Origin: Halocafeteria seosinensis
Taxonomy: Eukaryota
Assembly: GCA_001687465.1 (NCBI GenBank)
Contig: LVLI01000252.1
Coordinates: 1 to 54,241 of the forward strand
Direction: 5' to 3'
DNA: 54,241 bases
Each line of letters starts with the position of its first letter. The first letter of the stretch is position 1. The position numbers and the translations under genes are program-made. The notes beneath the pieces were generated by a model. That model was given only the letters and a program-made list of their open reading frames with translations. It did no database searches and had not been told where the DNA came from. Positions 46,801 through 54,241 of this stretch are shown here, in pieces.

Positions 46801-49800
46801 GGTCTCTGATGCGGTTCTGGTCACTGTTGCGCTCGGAGTTCTGGTAGAGGATTCTGTAGCTGTACCAGTGGCGCTCACGCTGCCAGTGGCACTGCTAGTC
46901 ACTGAAGTCGTTGGCGTTTCGGATCTTGTCCGACTGGGTGTATTCGAACTGGTTGCGGTAGCCGTAACGGATGGTGTTGCCGTTCCCGTACGGCTGGGGG
47001 TCGTGCTTGGAGTAGCCGTCTTGCTGCTTGAAGGACTGCGAGTTTGAGTCGCCGTCTCAGAGGAGGATGCCGAAGAAGTCGCTGTACCGGTATTCGAGCT
47101 GGTTGAGGTAGAGGTAACGGAAGGTGTCACTGTCCTGGTAGTCGAGCTGGTGGCGGTAGAAGAAACCGAAGATGTTGCTGTACCGGTATGCGAACGGGTT
47201 GGGGTAGCCGTAACGGAGGGTGACGCCGTTTTCGTATGGCTGGACGTCGTACTTGGAGTGGCCGTTTCGCTGCTTGACGGAGTACGAGTATGGGTCGCAG
47301 TCACAGAGGATGATGTCGAAGGTGTTGTTGTACCCGTAATCGAACTGGTAGACGTAGAGGTAACGGAAGGACTGCGAGTATGGGTCGCAGTCGCAGAGGA
47401 CGATGTCGAAGGTGTCGCTGTACCAGTATTCGAACTGGTAGACGTCGACGTAACGGAAGGACTGTGGGTGTGGGTCGCAGTTTCAGAGGAAGATGGCGAA
47501 GGGGTTGCTGTGCCAGTATTCGAACTGGTTGGCGTAGCTGTAACCGAAGGTGTTGCCGTTCCCGTAGGGCTGCTGGTTGGGGAGACACTAGAAGTTACAG
47601 AGGGAGTACCAGATGTAGAAGGAGTACCCGTCATCGACGGAGACGGAGATGGCAATGGCTCTGGGTCATCTTCTCGCAAGAGATCAAACGTAGAACTGGG
47701 GCTGGGGGTAGGATTCGATGACGGAGACGCAGAGGGTTCGGAGGGCAACGTCGAATCTAAACACTCTTCAATAAGGGAATCTAGGGCAGACGAAACGGCG
47801 CCTGTATCATCGACAAGACACACCTCCAGGACGCAGGTCTCGTAATGTGATTGTATATCAACGCCACTCTCATTGCAAAACTGAGCGAAATCACTTTTCA
47901 ATAGGTGTTTCGCACATTTAGATTCGGCTTCACTTCTATCCACTTCCTTATCATCATCGAACTCGCAATCGTAATTGGGATCTGGGAGGCTACTCGGATT
48001 CGGAGAATCTCCAAAACTATCATCATCGTCATCATCTTCGTCATCATCATCATCATCGTCGTCATCATCGTCATCATCATCGTCGCCTCCCGGAGTAACA
48101 TCTTCTATATCCTCACCCGGATTTGTTTCATCAGGATCTGGCTCTTCCTCATAATCAACACCCCCTTTGCACACTAATGCATCTTCTGCATCATCCCCAC
48201 TCCCTTGCAAACAGCTTCCTGTATCCGTGTACCCAATGGACGATCTTGCGGGAATAACAGCGCTTCCATTAAGAAAAAGGTTCTCACCCGACGGTACTAA
48301 CCAAGTCATTGCGAAATCGTGTCTGGAACGGTCTTTCCCGCTGGTGCGCCCGCCATACGACTGCCCATCACTCCCGATGAAATTACGGTCCTTGTCTCCA
48401 TTCCACAATCCGCAAAGTCCATTAATACGGTCACGAAATCTACCACCCACGACGACAGACAAGTCGAGGTAGTGAAATCCCCGCCACGAACTCACCTTCA
48501 CCTCAACTTCACTGCCGTCAGGAAGTGAGAAGCGATATTTCGGTGATCCAGAACCAGCACCTATGCGGTGAATCTTCAGTCCCGTACTCCCGTCAGGCCA
48601 GTGCTGAAACGTTAAGGGATTATTACGCTTTCGATGATCTACATGGAGCCCAACGACTTGAGAGCGGTATTTAACAAGTACAGCCTGATTACAAGATACC
48701 GTAAAGCACTGTATCTGCCGAGACTGGACAACAAATTCTCCATCGCATGAACGGGCAACGTAGTAATCTCCTACACCGAAAAAATCATATTTCACTGTAT
48801 CAAACGTTACCATGTGCGGATCTCCCCAACTACGACAATGAGCCCTTCCTCGTGTTCCATGGTTCATTGTCACAAACACTTGTTTTTGTACACGCCTAGA
48901 ATCAACCACTTCATCAAAATCCAGCGTATGCTGACTAAAATTACCGGCAGAAACAACAGTCTTCCACTTGTTCACTCCGCCATAGTTAAGCGCCGTCAAG
49001 CGAATATCATGCATAGACGATCCGGACGAGTACGGATTGGCCTTAGGAACTAGGGTCAAAGATTGCCATTGATCCCAGTTGTTTTTATTGAATATCAATT
49101 CACATTTTGACACGGTAAAGAATGAAGATGCGGCTTCACTGTCAACAATAACTGACACATTTCCGGAGTGCTCAGGACGGCTAGAAAGGCGGATTTTCAC
49201 ATCGGACGCATTTTGATTATCAAGCATTACTTCGTTACCAGCGTTTTCCGTAGAAATCTCAATATCAGGGTTGCACCTTTCCCACTCTCGGAGATGAGGG
49301 CATCCGCGTGAGCCACTTTGAATGGTACGATGACGAATACGTAAAGTCCCTCCAATGTCAGAAGCATTTACGGCATCAAACAGATCCTCAGCGAGTACAC
49401 ATGAAGACCATTCTGACCACTCACTCACAACGCAATCCCTTGTTGCACTCTCTCCAAATAACAATGCATGATACATTTCATCATACAGCTTTCTGGTCTC
49501 CAAATCACTCAAGGGACGACCGTACAATCGGACATCATGCACTTGGGCGCACATTCGATTGGATCCAGTATGAGATGATGCCCCAATGAACAGAGGTGCA
49601 TTAAGAGCAGCGATTTGTCCAGGGTGTGGTATTTTTCTCTTGACACAATTTCCATCGACGTACCAAAAGAGCTTCCGTGAACCAGGCTCATATTTTACCA
49701 CTGCGTGATGCCACTCCTCAAGTGAAGCGCTTGCGACAAAGGATCGAGAGCTAGAACCACTATTCAGCTGAACTCGGGAGGCAACATTGTTCCCTTCGAA

Positions 49801-51898
49801 ATCTTCGGAGCCGTGGATTTCCACAGAACCTGCACCACTTCTTCGTGCATTGCCGTTCCCAACGATGGTCTGGTCCAATGCTCCCGAGAGTCGACGGTAG
49901 AAGATTGACAAGGTGAATCCAGCGGTCCAATTGTATTTGCGTAAACCTGGAATCTCAATGTGTCCATCCCAACATGCCTCCATAACTGGAAGGTGATAGG
50001 AATCGTCAGCGAAACCAAACCGCACATCGCCAACTACAACACCGTCGTTGCCACTACCCGATAAGTCGGGAAAATGATCAAGACCACCTTCATGAGGAGC
50101 TTGAAGCCACAATGGAAGATTAGTAGACAAGTTATGAGGCCGGAGAAATTCCTCGTCTGCTTCGAAGAAAGCAATGCCGTGGTCACCATTGCTGTAGAAA
50201 AGGCCATCATGTCCGTGACCACTGATATCCAAAAGCCCTATGACTTGTTTGGAGGAACGGACGTCACCACACCTCGTAGCACTGGGCAGACCACTCAACT
50301 CCGACCTCGTTATGTTCCGGTCGTAATACCCTAGTACTAGGGATGAGAATACATCTGGATGATCATTTCCGAGTTGTGTAGGAAGAGATTGTAACAAACG
50401 ACGATCCGAAAGTTCAAGAACCCGGTTCCAAACATACACTGACGACACATACCCCTGGAACGAGAAGCGATCATCGAGGTGGTTCCCACAATCATACGAA
50501 TCCAATTGTGCTAGAGCCGCCAAGCGAGGCATTTGTCCCACCATCAAACATGCGTTTCCCGAACGCTCTTTGATCTGTTTTGGAACCGTCCGATGTAGGA
50601 GTGTGTTCCCGTCAACCTGGATTCTCAACACAGCCGTTTCATCCTCGTTATCGTTTTCCCAAGATACGAATATCATGTGCCATCGCCCATCGTTTATCTC
50701 AAAATTTCCTGGGAAACGCTGACCACGAAGGAACACATCTACAGTGTTTATCTCGGAGAGAAACACTGTCATTTCATTGGCGGCCGTGTTTTCCGAGGTA
50801 AATGAAAGAAGAGCCTGGCTCTTCGTGTTGGTCGTTCTTACCCAACAGGATACAGACAAACCGCTCTCATGGAAATCGAAGCTATGGGGGATCTGACTTT
50901 GGATACGATTGCCGGTCGCAGGCCCATGCAAGAATATCCGAGGAAGGTTTCTGTCAACATGGCACACCCAACGCGAGTCCAAAAGGGTGCGTTTATTCGG
51001 CACCAGCATATTGTTGCCCTCTTCCTCGTCTGCATCTTCATCCTCGTCTTCATCTTCATCCTCGTCTTCATCTTCATCTTCATCTTCGTCTTCACCTTCA
51101 CTCTCGTCTTCATCTTCATCCTCATCTTCATCTTCGTCCTCCTCATCGTCATCCTCAGAGGTTTCAACTTCCCACTCAAGCTTCAATCGACTATCGCCCC
51201 ACCATTCGTAGTAGAGGATCTGCATCGACAGGCCATTGGATAGCTTGTCATTTGTAATGCTATTGCAAGCTGTCGATAACTGCTCAATATGCACGTACCT
51301 CAAAGAAATGTTTCCCTTCGTCCAAAGGGATGTTCGTTGATTTTGTTCTCGATGCATGCTGCCCATCATTGTCAATCGCCTGCAATTAAAGGCGATATTG
51401 AAACACTATTTTCAAAATCAAGCAACTTAAGCTATCTCCTTTGTTTTTACTTACAAGCTGGCCGTCGATGTATAGTTTGGAACCGTCGTCTGAAGTTAAG
51501 TATAGTTTGTACTGTCCGGTTTTCGGTACGTTCACGCTACCTTGGAATCGCGCGAAGAAGTACTCATGCGCTCGAGTTCCATCGGAAATGATAGGACCTT
51601 CTGGCCAAGCTTCACCGTCAGACGTTTGGATGTCCAGTTGATCCCAGACAAAAGTGCTTCGAGTGTCTTCGAGAATCTGCTCCTGCACGGATTCCACTTT
51701 CGTGCCATCTTCCACCTCGTCTTTGTTGATTTTGAAGGCTTCTCCTTTCCATCCCTCCGCACATGCGTCGGCAAATTCGGAGAGACAAAAAGCCCAACAT
51801 AGACTTATACATAGTGTAAAGAGACCTTGATGCGGAGATATCAGCGCTCGCAAACCGGGAACCTGCGCCGGGAGCAACAGTAGACGAATACGAAGCAT
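40843..51898 (-). CDS. Giant (about 3630 aa) type I membrane mucin/adhesin: PA14, acidic tract, 2x LamG/pentraxin, TSP1, VWD, poly-Asp, C8-like, about 1000-aa Ser/Thr/Pro region, EGF, choice-of-anchor A, EGF array, TM; exons 51898-51455, 51379-51299, 51219-40843
   Basis: PA14 (FARFQGSV...YKLYLTSDDGSKLYIDGQL|AIDNDGQH..|ILYYEWWG) is restored by two GT-AG introns. Other motifs: INDGRWHMI and EEWHHAVV (LamG), CVVSEWSEWSSC (TSP1), CRSWGDPHMVTFD...GLCGLWNGD (VWD), many CxCxxGWxGxxC (EGF), and TM AGVVGIVIGTIVGGVVLVTAA at about 41010-41080. Confidence 0.9.
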
Positions 51899-52649
51899 AA
51901 GGAGCTCACAATCCTATAGATTCAAGCCAGGTAGATACAATACCATTTCATAACATACCATACTTGTTCTCCGGGCAGAAGAATGCCTAAAACGTGGTAA
52001 AAATCCAGGGACAAGAACCCCGGATGGCTTACGTCGCAGCGAGCCGAGCGCGGGAAAATGTCCTTTCCGTAGTATTTCCTACAAGCCCCCTGAATGGATG
52101 GATGGGTGCCGCCCAACACTGTAGAGGTTACGCGCAATTTGCAACACAGAGAGACACAGGCAGACCTGAGAATCAATGCTGTAACACTTGTGATTTGGGC
52201 AGGCCAATTTCGTAGCCGCCCCGAAAAAGAGCCGTTGCGGCCTGCACCGGTTGCTGGAGTCTCTTGGGACCCCTCACAATTCCCCGCTGCGGTTCAACTT
52301 GCTATTCCCACTGTTGGAACAGCGATTCGTTTATGTAGGCCACATTCAGCATTTATTACTGGAAAGAACTAGCGATCCATCGCTAGTTGTTCGGAGGATT
52401 CAGTAGGCTTATCGCTATTGCCGAGGTGCGAGGGGTATACATACACCTTCCAACTGCACCGTTCATTCCCCATCCAATGCGCGACAAGAGGAAAGAACGT
52501 CTTAGATTACGGGCATATCCCAATGTAAGGTGTGCCGCAGAATAAGTTGGACCACTATGCTCCTGTCTCTCGCTGGTTGAAGCCCATACTCAGTCCACGT
52601 GTGTGGAAGCCAAACCCACCAACTTCGCGTGGCGTCCGTCGGCTTAGAG

Positions 52650-53200
52650 ACTAAGAATTGAGAAAGCCCGGCAAAATGTGCCATGATTTTGATGAGTTAG
52701 GCTACCTCTGCGCCAGTAGAAGTCCAGCCTACGCAAGTCTCGATTCACTCTCCAACTTCCAGTACAATGCTGTTGTACCACTTGAGCCATTCAAGTTGAG
52801 TCCATTCCCACTCTTGATATACGGGAACCTACGAGGCCTCCAGTACAAGCACCGGCATACAGTCTACTGATCTACTTGAACAAGTCGTTCCTTGTCTTGC
52901 CATGTGCACCATCATGATTCCTCATTAAGTACCGGTATAATACCCTGGTTGTATATGCAACGCTTCTGTACAGTATGCATGGCTTAGTCCCCAAGAAATG
53001 CTGAACAGAGTTAAGCATGTTTCTCCCTGTTTCTCGAGGCTTACCATTGATGCTGCCAAAGGGGGGTAAACTACACAAGCAGATAGGTATTTTCTTGCAG
53101 GGTTGGTCAAGCTTCAAGCTTTAGTCCGTGGAATTCCACCGAATTCAAATACTGTAGAGGGTAGTCTCTTCTCCCACAGTGTGTATACGCTAGTACATGC
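52650..53200 (-). mobile_element. Possible second degraded PIF/Harbinger transposase remnant
   Basis: FGSINGKPRETGR ... WGLSHAY ... HGKTRND resembles GxIDGTxxxIxRP...YxGxKxxH...GxxHD, spread over several frames. Confidence 0.35.
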
Positions 53201-53372
53201 ACTATCTGAGCACAATTCTGGTAGTATTCGGTCTCAACGTCTAGTACGTACGTTCATGAACGCAATACATCATATTATCATCTCCATGCATTAATAATAA
53301 TGGGAAAAAGGAATCGATCCCACCAACGTTGTAGTGCGATCCTGCGACCGAGAATTGTTGCTTGATTGCTTC

Positions 53373-53957
53373 ATGACCGCCAAGCATGCCACAATAATGA
53401 ATGATAAGAACTATACTGTAGACAATACTAATGATGTTGCTACTACTGGTGACAACACCAGCAGTAGCATGAGGTCCTTCACGGCCACTGAGGATAGCGA
53501 TGGGGGAGGAAGTGGGTCCAATACGCACTCCAAAGCTACTTTTTCATCGCATGGGGCTGCTCAGATCGATATGGGTGAGATTCAGCACGAATTAAAGACG
53601 GCTGTGTCGAAGGAGGAGGAGTACAGAGCCGTGGATGACATGAAAAAGCGAGCGATTCACACCGCTGAGAGCTACGAGGACTTCAAAAACAAAGTTGCAT
53701 GCGCTACAATGAAGCCTGTTTCGCGCAAAGAGATGGAAGGACTCCATAATATGACCCCCCGAGATAGGCAGTCGCTCAACTCAGCCATTGCCGGGAACTG
53801 GAAACATGCCGTTGAAAATGACTTCACGCGACGCCGGTACCAATACAGCACCACGAGTGGTGGAAGTGGAGGGGGAAGTGAGGAAGCACAGGCCGAAAAC
53901 ACCACGACTGCATCGTCTCAACCACCAAAGCAAAAGCGAATTGGACGAAAAAGATGA
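53373..53957 (+). CDS. CCDC103: CCDC103-like dynein arm attachment factor (N-terminal domain)
   Basis: QIDMGEIQHELKTAVSKEEEYRAVDDMKKRAIHTAESYEDFKNKVACATMKPV matches the Dynein_attach_N pattern. Start and 3' structure uncertain. Confidence 0.7.
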   Translation: MTAKHATIMNDKNYTVDNTNDVATTGDNTSSSMRSFTATEDSDGGGSGSNTHSKATFSSHGAAQIDMGEIQHELKTAVSKEEEYRAVDDMKKRAIHTAESYEDFKNKVACATMKPVSRKEMEGLHNMTPRDRQSLNSAIAGNWKHAVENDFTRRRYQYSTTSGGSGGGSEEAQAENTTTASSQPPKQKRIGRKR

Positions 53958-54241
53958 GCGCTGCGCTACTTCTTCTTTTGTGGAATTGTGTGTTATTCTT
54001 ACGACGACAAAGATCAGGATGAAGATGGCGTTTGCCACAAACATGTCCATCGGTTGGGATCTTGAGGATGGGGAATATACCATGCCGTTTGGGAATTATT
54101 TGGCTGCATGCGATGCGAGAAAGCAAGCGGAAAGTCGAACGATACTTTACGCTTGCAGTTGAAACGGCTGCCAAAGCTCTGTATGTGAAAATAGCATTGA
54201 TGACGTTCTCTCCATTTGAGGAAATTCTTGGGAGATAGCAT

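Noticed and set aside
44702..47845. Long Val/Leu/Gly-rich plus-strand ORFs (also 2456-2920)
   Set aside because: Antisense shadows of the Ser/Thr/Pro-coding repeats on the minus strand.
51220..51375. N-terminus MTMMGSMHREQ... of the 3510-aa ORF call
   Set aside because: Out-of-frame exon 2 plus intron sequence; splicing to 51898-51455 restores a complete PA14 domain and signal region.

Overview
Eukaryotic, gene-dense protist-like DNA with short (about 50-100 nt) GT-AG introns. A CCDC103-like gene implies a flagellated cell; a stramenopile-type heterotrophic flagellate, possibly halophilic, is my inference, not something the sequence proves. The window is dominated by cell-surface or secreted proteins: a secreted beta-rich protein, a frameshifted GLUG-repeat/Ser-Thr protein, an intronless 2689-aa acidic protein built from prokaryote-type modules (plus a decayed tandem paralog with an internal inversion), a secreted LRR protein with one LRR per phase-2 exon (29 cassettes), and a roughly 3630-aa type I membrane mucin-like mosaic (PA14, LamG x2, TSP1, VWD, C8-like, PTS, EGF, choice-of-anchor A, EGFs, TM). 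Housekeeping-type genes are GPC1, two tandem purple acid phosphatases, two atypical bZIP-like genes and CCDC103. There is also a Cid1/TUTase-like pseudogene and some transposon relics. The most unusual non-genic structure is a 50-bp palindrome (4782-4831) whose 24-bp half-site recurs at 2021-2044. It sits beside a TTAGGG seed and a block of compact, intronless, overlapping orphan ORFs, suggesting an undescribed mobile or virus-like element. All domain calls come from motif recognition by eye; no searches were run.
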